Shown here piece after piece: positions 57,007 to 64,000 of a stretch of 64,000 nt of DNA; positions within the stretch are counted from its first letter, which is position 1, and the number at the start of each line of letters is the position of its first letter. The stretch is taken from assembly GCA_038248915.1 (NCBI GenBank), contig JBBRXB010000003.1, forward strand, positions 177,416 through 241,415. Direction: 5' to 3'. Below the pieces are notes generated by a model. It made no database searches. It was not told the DNA's origin and worked only from the letters and a program-made list of their open reading frames with translations. The translations under genes were made by a program, and so were the position numbers. Source of the stretch: Candidatus Limnocylindrales bacterium. Lineage in GTDB: Bacteria > Chloroflexota > Limnocylindria > Limnocylindrales > CSP1-4.

Positions 57007-57039
57007 CGGCACCCTCAGCATCGTCGGAGCACGACACGG

Positions 57040-57317
57040 CCCCCACCCTCGCGTATGCCACTCGAGAGCATCAACTGGCGAGCTGCGGCTGATGCCGCTC
57101 CGAGAGGCCATCGTCGCGGGTGCCGCCCCGCCTCGCCGGGACACCTGCAGCCGCCGCCCGCCGACCAGAACATGGTTGATGCCAGTCGAGAGCATCTTGA
57201 TGCCAGTCGAGGGCATCACGTCGCGGGGGGTCGACGGCATCGGGCGCGAAAGCTGACGTGTGGACGCTCCGGCTCCCCGATCGCGATGCTCTAGAGTGGC
57301 ATACGAGGGTGAGGGGG
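57040..57317. repeat. MITE/REPIN-like element with roughly 30-bp imperfect terminal inverted repeats
   Basis: CCCCACCCTCGCGTATGCCACTCGAGAGCATC (left) versus GATGCTCTAGAGTGGCATACGAGGGTGAGGGGG (right); internal 21-bp tandem TTGATGCCAGTCGAG[A/G]GCATC at 57176 and 57197. Confidence 0.85.
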
Positions 57318-57356
57318 TTGTTCGAGATGGACGGGCCGCGTGGCAGGCCCACCGGA

Positions 57357-58202
57357 CTACCCGTGCAAGAACCGCTCCAGGAACGTTCGGGTCCGCTCGT
57401 CGCGTGGGTTCGAGATGACCTGTTCGGGTGGGCCGATCTCCACGAACTGGCCTTCGTCCATGAAGTAGACCCGGTCGGCAGCCTCACGCGCGAACGCCAT
57501 CTCATGGGTCACGACGATCATCGTCCGACCCTCGTGGGCGAGGCTCTCCATGACCTTGAGGACCTCGCCGACGAGCGACGGATCCAGGGCACTGGTCGGC
57601 TCGTCGAACAGCAACACCTCGGGCTCCATCGTCAGCGCCCGCGCGATCGCCACGCGCTGACGCTGACCGCCAGACAGCCTTGACGGATACTCGTCGCGTT
57701 TGTCGCTGAGTCCGACCTTGGCGAGGTAGGTCTCGCCGAGCTCGGTGGCCTCCTTCTTGTTCATCCCCTTCACGTGGATCGGGGCCTCGACGAGGTTGCC
57801 GATGACACTGAGATGCGGGAACAGATTGAACTCCTGGAACAGCATTCCGGCGCGCAGCCGCAGTTGCCGGATCTTGGCCTCGTCAGCTCGGTCGCGTCGA
57901 TGGAGCGGCGATGCCGCGACGACGACCCCACCGATCTCGACGACCCCGGCGGTGGGTTCCTCCAGGAAGTTGAGGCACCGGAGGAACGTGCTCTTGCCCG
58001 ACCCGGACCGCCCGAGGATCGTCACGGTTTCGCCGGGGAAGACCGTCATCGAACATCCGCGCAGCACGTGGTTGTCGTCGAAGTGCTTCTCGATGGCGCT
58101 CGCCTTGACGATCGGTTCGGCGCCGGGTTTGACCATGTGCCCCGGAACCTCGGCCGGATCGATCACGTGTTCGAGCCGCACGACATCCTCGATCTTGTTC
58201 AT
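57357..58202 (-). CDS. Polar amino-acid ABC transporter ATP-binding protein (GlnQ family)
   Basis: GRSGSGKST.LRC.N.LE, FNLFPH, LSGGQRQRVAIARAL, FDEPTSALDP, VTHEM.FA. Confidence 0.93.
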   Translation of the reverse strand: MNKIEDVVRLEHVIDPAEVPGHMVKPGAEPIVKASAIEKHFDDNHVLRGCSMTVFPGETVTILGRSGSGKSTFLRCLNFLEEPTAGVVEIGGVVVAASPLHRRDRADEAKIRQLRLRAGMLFQEFNLFPHLSVIGNLVEAPIHVKGMNKKEATELGETYLAKVGLSDKRDEYPSRLSGGQRQRVAIARALTMEPEVLLFDEPTSALDPSLVGEVLKVMESLAHEGRTMIVVTHEMAFAREAADRVYFMDEGQFVEIGPPEQVISNPRDERTRTFLERFLHG

Positions 58203-59038
58203 TGCGCCCGCCTCTGCACTCGGTCGCCGGTCGCCATGCGCTTCTCCAGGCGGTTCTGGAAGAGGGAGAAAAGGATCGTCAGCACCCAGTAGATGAACGC
58301 CGCTACAAGCAAGGTCTGCATCGATTGGAAGGTGGGTCGCCCGGCCACCTGGGCTCGCCACAGAACCTCCTGGACGCCGACCACCGACGCGAGCGACGAG
58401 TCCTTGATCATGGAGATGAAGTCGTTCCCGACGGCCGGTGTGACGATCCGGAAGGCCTGCGGCGCGATGATCCGCCGGAAGGTGGTCCGGGAGTTCATGC
58501 CCAGGGACTGGGCCGCCTCGGCTTGGCCGTGGGGGACCGCCTCGATCCCGGACCGGAAGACCTCGGTCATGTACGAGCCGTAGTTGAGGCTCAGCGCGAC
58601 GATCGCGGTCGGGATCTCGGGCAGCACGATGCCCGCCTGCGGCAGAGCCAGGAAGATGAACAGGATCTGGAGGAGCAGCGGCGTGCCGCGGAAGAAGGAC
58701 ACATAGAAGCTCGCGATCCCGTTGAGGTAGGGATTCCGCGACAGCCGACCGAGCGCGCCCAAGGCGGCAAGGATCGTGGCGAAGAAGATCGACGTGACCG
58801 CGAGGAACAGCGTGATCGGGACGCCAGCGAGGATGAACGGGATGACGTCCTTGAGGAAGGAAGAGTCGACGTTGACCGTGACCAGGATGAACGCGACGAG
58901 GCCGACGATGATCAAGACCCAGGTCGCGAGGAACTTCAGTCGCCACCGTCGACTTCGTTGCTCTTGCGCGCGTGCGATGTCGGTGACGAGTTGCTGGTTC
59001 TCGGACATCCCGGCGGGTCCGCCGCCGCCGGCCATCAT
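58199..59038 (-). CDS. Polar amino-acid ABC transporter permease
   Basis: FFRGTPLLLQI, EVFRSGI.AV..GQ.EAA.SLG, PQA, KDSSL. Confidence 0.93.
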   Translation of the reverse strand: MMAGGGGPAGMSENQQLVTDIARAQEQRSRRWRLKFLATWVLIIVGLVAFILVTVNVDSSFLKDVIPFILAGVPITLFLAVTSIFFATILAALGALGRLSRNPYLNGIASFYVSFFRGTPLLLQILFIFLALPQAGIVLPEIPTAIVALSLNYGSYMTEVFRSGIEAVPHGQAEAAQSLGMNSRTTFRRIIAPQAFRIVTPAVGNDFISMIKDSSLASVVGVQEVLWRAQVAGRPTFQSMQTLLVAAFIYWVLTILFSLFQNRLEKRMATGDRVQRRAQ

Positions 59039-59098
59039 GGCCGGGCCACCCCGAGGGTCATCGCCATGTCAGGTCCTCCGTTCGTCGCGGATACGAGA

Positions 59099-59126
59099 GC
59101 GCCCGGATGCAACGACATCCGGGCGC
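59099..59126 (-). terminator. Intercistronic stem-loop after the binding-protein gene
   Basis: GCGCCCGGATG-CAACGA-CATCCGGGCGC. Confidence 0.6.
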
Positions 59127-59150
59127 GCGCTTGGACAACCTGCGGTTGGA

Positions 59151-60113
59151 TCAGGTCGGCCTGGTGGTCACGTCCTTCCCGTCGAACCACTTCGTCGAGA
59201 ACCCCTTGAGCGTGCCGTCCGCGTGCATCTCGGTCACCACCTGATCGAGGATGGCCTTCAGCGAACCGTCGTCGGCACCGCTCTTGTCGAGCGCGAAGGC
59301 GACGGACACGGTGAAGATCGGCGGTCCGGCAAGGATGCGGATCTTCTGGCCGCTCTTGACCGCGTCGGCGAGGCCGTTGCCGTTCGCGACGATGGCATCG
59401 TAGGTGCGTCCGGCCGCGATGGCCTGGATGCACTCGTTGTCGGTCGGGAGCGACTTCACGACGGGTGTCGTCGGGGCCGCCACGATGTTCGGGTCGACGA
59501 TCTCGAGCGTGCCATTCAGCCACTGCTCGTACGTGGTCGCCGCGCCGACGCAGAAGGTCTTGCCGCCGTTCAGTTCGGACAACGACTGGACGGTGGATGT
59601 CGCGGGAACAGCGACCGCGCCGGAGTCGAAGTAGTACGGCTCGACGAAATCGACGACCTTGGCGCGACCGACAGTGACACTCATCGACCCGATCGAGATG
59701 TCCCAGCGACCACCCCAGCTACCGGCGGTGATCGTGTCCCAGCCCGGCGTCTCCCACTTGATCTTGATGTCCTTGCCGACCTTCGCGCTGAGGCGCTTGA
59801 CGGCCTCCTCGGCGGACGACGTGTCGAAGCCCTCGTACGTCTGGGTGGCGACGTTGAGGTACGAGAATGGCTTGTAGTTCGGGTCGGTCGCGATCCTGAT
59901 CTCGCCGGCCGCGATGATCTTGCCGAGCAGCGAATTCGGGTCGATCGAAGCTGCCGCGCTGGACGGCTCGGACGACGGCGCGGACGACGCGGCGGTCGAC
60001 GGCAGCGTGGACGCCGCGGATGACGGTGCCGTCGAAGCTCCGCTTCCGCTGCACGCCGCCGCCACCACTACAGCCCCGGCGATCAGCGCCAGCAATCTTG
60101 CCTTCTGGTTCAT
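59151..60113 (-). CDS. Polar amino-acid ABC substrate-binding lipoprotein (family 3)
   Basis: Lipobox AAAC; Y.PFS, GFD, GRWD.SIGSMS.T..R, DF.EPYY, DGTL...S.KWF. Confidence 0.92.
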   Translation of the reverse strand: MNQKARLLALIAGAVVVAAACSGSGASTAPSSAASTLPSTAASSAPSSEPSSAAASIDPNSLLGKIIAAGEIRIATDPNYKPFSYLNVATQTYEGFDTSSAEEAVKRLSAKVGKDIKIKWETPGWDTITAGSWGGRWDISIGSMSVTVGRAKVVDFVEPYYFDSGAVAVPATSTVQSLSELNGGKTFCVGAATTYEQWLNGTLEIVDPNIVAAPTTPVVKSLPTDNECIQAIAAGRTYDAIVANGNGLADAVKSGQKIRILAGPPIFTVSVAFALDKSGADDGSLKAILDQVVTEMHADGTLKGFSTKWFDGKDVTTRPT

Positions 60114-60222
60114 CGGTTCCTCCAACACTACGGCCGGACGCGCTCCCGGATCCGGCGATCGAGCGAGTACACCTTGTCGATCATCGCTCGACGGTCGGTA
60201 CTATCGCACACGTGCGACCGGT

Positions 60223-61530
60223 TTAACGAGGACGGAAACCGATCGTGTGCGACGGGTTGGACGGCGTGTCCGGCGGCAGGTCGGCCACGATGAGCTCGCC
60301 GACCTCGGTCGGCTGGATCGTCCCATCGGCCAGCGCCCGGGTCGCCATGTTGGCGTAGGCCTGCTCGAACACCGAGCGGGCGTAGCGCGCGTTCCCGAAA
60401 TTGCCGACGTCGCTGGCGGTCAGGAACAGGTGGCCGAGCTGGTCCGCGACGCCGGCCCCGAGGCTCACCTTGGCGGCGGCAGCGAAGCCTTCGAAGACCT
60501 GGACGAGCTCCGCCGGGCTGTAGTCCGGGAAGTCGATGTAGTGGGTGAACCGGCTGCGCAGGCCGGGATTCGAATCGATGAACTGGCGCATCTCGTCGGG
60601 GTAGCCCGCGACGATGACCGCCAGGTCGTCGCGGTCGTCCTCCATGAGTTTGACCAGCATCGCGATGGCTTCGGCCCCGAACTCGCCGGCGCCCTCCTGG
60701 GCGAGCGAATAGGCCTCGTCGATGAACAACACGCCACCGACCGCGCGGTCGACCACGGCCTGGACCTTGAGTGCGGTCTGGCCCACGTAGCCCGCCACCA
60801 GGTCGGCCCGCGACACCTCGACCAGCTGGCCGCGGCTGACCAGGCCGATGCTGCCGTACAGCCGGGCGATGATCCGGGCGACGGTCGTCTTGCCCGTCCC
60901 AGGGTTGCCGGTGAACACGACGTGCAGGCTCGCGCTCACCTCTGGAAGACCCTCGGCCCGCCGCTCGGCGTTGAGCAGGTGGACGGCCAGCAGGCGTCTG
61001 ACCGCGGCCTTGACCGCGGTCAGCCCGATCAGCGCGTCCAATTCGGCCAGGATCTCGTCGGTCGTCTGCTTGGGGTCGGACGTCGAGACCGGCGTCGAGT
61101 GCGCCGCCTCGGTCGCGGTCTCGGTCGTGGCCGAGGCGGACCCGGCACCGGCAGTGCCGTCGGTCGTGGTCGCCGGCGTGACCGCGGTCGCGGGTGATCC
61201 GGGACCCCCGGGCGCGTCGGCGCCCGCCCCGGGCGCGTCGGCGCCACCCGGCGCCAGCCGCTTGGCCAGGTCGAGGACCGCGGCCCTGGCGGCATCCTCG
61301 GACACGATCGTAGCCAGCTCGGCCTCGGCCGCCGCGCTGACGGTCGGGGTCGCGTAGGCCTCACCGGCCGGCTCGAGGAAGGCCTTGCAGGTCGCGAGCG
61401 GAACCTCGGTCGGCGCCGCGGTGCCCAGGACCTTGACCAGCCCCCAGAGCACATGCCGGAGCTCCACCTGCGGGTGCGAGTACGCCTTGGCGATGGCGAT
61501 CGCCTCGTCCCGCACCCGGTCTGCGATCAC
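60223..61530 (-). CDS. AAA+ ATPase of the CbbX/SpoVK/EccA clade with an N-terminal Clp-repeat-like domain
   Basis: A..IAK...H..V...HVL.GL N-terminus; LD.LIGL..VK, H.VFTGNPGTGKTTVAR, LVAGYVGQTA.K, GGVLFIDEAYSL, AGY, SNPGL.SRF, FPDY, FGNAR. Confidence 0.88.
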   Translation of the reverse strand: MIADRVRDEAIAIAKAYSHPQVELRHVLWGLVKVLGTAAPTEVPLATCKAFLEPAGEAYATPTVSAAAEAELATIVSEDAARAAVLDLAKRLAPGGADAPGAGADAPGGPGSPATAVTPATTTDGTAGAGSASATTETATEAAHSTPVSTSDPKQTTDEILAELDALIGLTAVKAAVRRLLAVHLLNAERRAEGLPEVSASLHVVFTGNPGTGKTTVARIIARLYGSIGLVSRGQLVEVSRADLVAGYVGQTALKVQAVVDRAVGGVLFIDEAYSLAQEGAGEFGAEAIAMLVKLMEDDRDDLAVIVAGYPDEMRQFIDSNPGLRSRFTHYIDFPDYSPAELVQVFEGFAAAAKVSLGAGVADQLGHLFLTASDVGNFGNARYARSVFEQAYANMATRALADGTIQPTEVGELIVADLPPDTPSNPSHTIGFRPR

Positions 61531-61979
61531 TCGGAGGGGTCCGTGTAGCGCTTGCCGCCGAACCGGTCGTGGACGATCTCGTCGAGGTCGTCTGCGGTGT
61601 ACAGCACCGCCCCGACCGCGGTCAGCAGCTCGGCCGGATCGAGAAAGTCACCCATGATCGTGTGGTCGAACTGGATGAAGCAGGTGCCCTTGTCCTTCTC
61701 GTCGATGACGGTGACCGTCCCAAGCCGGAACTGCTGGCCATCGACCGCAGCCCAGTGGTACAGGTCCTCGGACGGCTTGACCTCCCGCCCGAGCGGCGCC
61801 CAGATGTAGACCAGCGAGCGGGGATCGCCGTCCTTGTCGGGCGTCCACTCCTGGATCTCGACGAACGCGGCCGTGCTGCCGGCCGGCAGCAGGAACCCGT
61901 TCTTGCGCAGCCGGACGTCGTTGAACCCGTCCGCCAGGATCCGCTGCACCTTCTGGGTCGTGGCTTCGACCGTAGCCAT
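61527..61979 (-). CDS. YbjN / T3SS CesT-like peptide-binding chaperone-fold protein
   Basis: 150 aa, acidic; GSTAAFV, H.I.GD.LDP.EL..AV..V...AD.LD.....RFGG pattern; GGGAG SD. Confidence 0.75.
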   Translation of the reverse strand: MATVEATTQKVQRILADGFNDVRLRKNGFLLPAGSTAAFVEIQEWTPDKDGDPRSLVYIWAPLGREVKPSEDLYHWAAVDGQQFRLGTVTVIDEKDKGTCFIQFDHTIMGDFLDPAELLTAVGAVLYTADDLDEIVHDRFGGKRYTDPSE

Positions 61980-62036
61980 GGGCTCCCTCCCTCCTTCCGA
62001 CGGCGGTCCGTCGGCAGACGGAACGGTAGCAGGGCC

Positions 62037-63215
62037 TCAGGCGTGCAGGTAGATGTTCCCGGTCGCGGCATCGACCACGATCGGCAGCGACGCCAGCGGC
62101 GTGTTGGTCGGGCCCTGGAGGACGGCCGCGTGATCGGCCGCATCGAACGCGGCGCCATGGCAGGGACACAGGAGCACACCATCCGCGGCATCCCACTCCA
62201 CCGTGCAACCCTCGTGCGTGCACACCGCGTCGTAGGCCACGAACGTCCCGTCCTTCAGCCGGACGATGACCGCCGGGTCGCCGGCCGGAAGCGGGGCGGG
62301 GGCGCTGGCCGGGACCGCGAACGCGACCGATCCGCGACGCGAGACGTCCGCCACGGTCGCGACCTTGATCGCGCCGGCGGGGACCGACGCGGCCGGTCCG
62401 CGCGTCGCCGTGGCCGTCGAGCCCGGCGACGAACTGGCCCCGGCGGTGCCCCCGCTGCCCGTACCGCCCGAGGCGGTCGGCGTTCCACTGGATCGCCCTA
62501 ACAACCGGACCGGCAGCGCGAACGACGCCACGACGAGCGAGATCCCGGCCAGGATCCCGGACTGGAGCAGGACCCGGCGTTCGGGCGATGGCGGGCCACC
62601 TCGCTCGACAGGCCGGCCGGCGCGATCGCGGCGGGTCACCGGCGGCGCCGCCCCGATCGCCAGGATCCGCCGGGACACGAGCAGCCCGCCATGCCCGGCC
62701 AGCGCGAGGGTGATCCAGCCAGCCGCGTACGGCAGGTCCGGACCGTAGTAGTAGGGGTGCGTGGCCCACGATGCGGTCAGCCAGAACAGGATCGACAGTG
62801 CAGCGCCGCCGACCGCTGCCACGCGGAACGCCAGACCGGTCAGCGCGCCCAGCCCGATGCCGATCTCCGCGATCGCGATGGGGAGCCCGATCAGCAGGGC
62901 GTATGGTTCGGCGACCTTGATGAGGGGCGACAGCGGCGAGTCACGCGCGAACGCCGCGACCTGGGCGACGATCGAGGTCGGAGCGCTGGCATCGAAGAAC
63001 GCCGGGTCCAGGAGCTTGTCGAGCCCGGCATACAGGAACGTGACGCCGAGGAAGATCCGCAACGGCAGCAGGGCGAGGGCGGGGATCGTGGCGGCCGACA
63101 GGGGCGGCCGGAAAGCCGGCGGCACCCTGGACGCCGGTGGCGCCTCGATGTCCGCCGGCTCGATCGGGACGCGCCGGCCCGGATTCCCGCGTCGGCGCTG
63201 CTCGCGTCTGCTCAT
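62037..63215 (-). CDS. DoxD/DoxX (TQO small subunit-like) and Rieske 2Fe-2S fusion
   Basis: LR.FLG.TFLYAGLDK...F, EI.IGLG.L.G, W...PYYYG.DL; Rieske CTHEGC and CPCHGA. Confidence 0.88.
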   Translation of the reverse strand: MSRREQRRRGNPGRRVPIEPADIEAPPASRVPPAFRPPLSAATIPALALLPLRIFLGVTFLYAGLDKLLDPAFFDASAPTSIVAQVAAFARDSPLSPLIKVAEPYALLIGLPIAIAEIGIGLGALTGLAFRVAAVGGAALSILFWLTASWATHPYYYGPDLPYAAGWITLALAGHGGLLVSRRILAIGAAPPVTRRDRAGRPVERGGPPSPERRVLLQSGILAGISLVVASFALPVRLLGRSSGTPTASGGTGSGGTAGASSSPGSTATATRGPAASVPAGAIKVATVADVSRRGSVAFAVPASAPAPLPAGDPAVIVRLKDGTFVAYDAVCTHEGCTVEWDAADGVLLCPCHGAAFDAADHAAVLQGPTNTPLASLPIVVDAATGNIYLHA

Positions 63216-63273
63216 GCCGTCCCTATCTTGCGCCAGGCTCCGTTCGAACGCCCAGCGCCGAGGGTCACGAGTC

Positions 63274-64000
63274 TCAGGTCCCGGCGGTCTCATCGGGCAG
63301 CAGCGGGCGGACGTACAGCGTGTACGACTTGCCACCGGAGGAGATCGGCTGCAACACGTTGGTCGTGGCGACGAACCGAACGAGGGCATCGGCATCGGTA
63401 CCACTCACGATCCCGCTCCGCAGGCCGGCGATGCCGCGATCGGGCACGGCCGGGATCCCGAACGAGTCCAGTGGCATTGACAACGGCCATGCGACCGTGC
63501 TCTGGCTGGCGGACGGATCCGGGACGGGGCCGCCGGGCGCCACGAAGATCCGGTACGCGCCGGGAACGTATTGATCGAACGGTCCTTCGGCTGCGCCCCA
63601 CCAGTCGGTGCTGTCCTCGAGCCGATCGAGCAGCGCCCGCGCCGCCTGTGCGGCCGGGTCCGCGCTCGGGCCAGGACGACCGGGGGCGCCACCGAACCCG
63701 GCGAAGTGAGTGATCTGTGTTTCGCCGCCGAGCTCGACCGTGACCACCGTCGTGCCAGTGTCGGCGATGATGCCCGGGGCGTTCGGAGTGGGCTTGTCGA
63801 GGCCGGCCGCCCTGATGGCGTCGGCGATGGCGGCCGCCCCGGCGGCTCCCACGCTCCGGACGGCGATACGCTGCACCAGGAACCCCGGGTAGATCGCCGG
63901 TATCGGGGCCGGGGTGAAGATGCGACCGTCCGTATAGACCACGACCTCGGGCAGGGCCGAAAGGCCGGCGCTCGGGGCGATGAACCCACCCTCGCTGGTC
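63274..64000 (-). CDS. Hypothetical (probably exported) protein, 5' end outside the window
   Basis: Frame open to the window edge: TSEGGFIAP...VYTDGR..TP.P.PAIYPG...IADTGTT...RPLLPDE. Confidence 0.7.
   Translation of the reverse strand, partial: TSEGGFIAPSAGLSALPEVVVYTDGRIFTPAPIPAIYPGFLVQRIAVRSVGAAGAAAIADAIRAAGLDKPTPNAPGIIADTGTTVVTVELGGETQITHFAGFGGAPGRPGPSADPAAQAARALLDRLEDSTDWWGAAEGPFDQYVPGAYRIFVAPGGPVPDPSASQSTVAWPLSMPLDSFGIPAVPDRGIAGLRSGIVSGTDADALVRFVATTNVLQPISSGGKSYTLYVRPLLPDETAGT

Noticed and set aside
60223-61530. Rubisco activase cbbX or T7SS eccA call
   Set aside because: No rbcLS or ESX genes in the window, and the N-terminal domain differs from both

Overview
High-GC (roughly 70% by eye) bacterial chromosomal window, densely coding. 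The gene content (F420 cof genes, DUF3090/SCO1664 pair, UvrD2, homodimeric AceE) and frequent leaderless starts fit a Chloroflexota (Limnocylindria-like) or actinobacteria-like soil organism; this is an inference. I found no rRNA, tRNA, CRISPR array or intact transposase. Housekeeping and accessory genes: galK 3' end, class A PBP, MoCo oxidoreductase, UvrD2, NEW3-ABC exporter, TM0106 nuclease-helicase, MarR/YceI, aceE, pncA, flap exonuclease, MTAP, cofD-cofC-cofE and a polar amino-acid ABC importer. Most notable signals: (1) several gene-less intergenic elements of about 150-380 bp built from imperfect inverted repeats. One family (core TGCCA[C/G]TC-N4-GCA) also brackets an internally deleted XRE-HTH gene at 48.6-49.1 kb, suggesting an unnamed HTH(-nuclease)-associated repeat or mobile system. 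(2) A 29-44 kb stress-gene island whose intergenic regions share an 11-bp-period TGCAA[C/T]G direct repeat, together with an orphan PAS kinase and an orphan OmpR-type regulator. (3) A coupled pair of a YbjN/CesT-like chaperone and a ClpN-CbbX-type AAA+ ATPase. (4) An unannotated small membrane protein translationally coupled to corA. All family assignments come from motif recognition by eye, without database searches.
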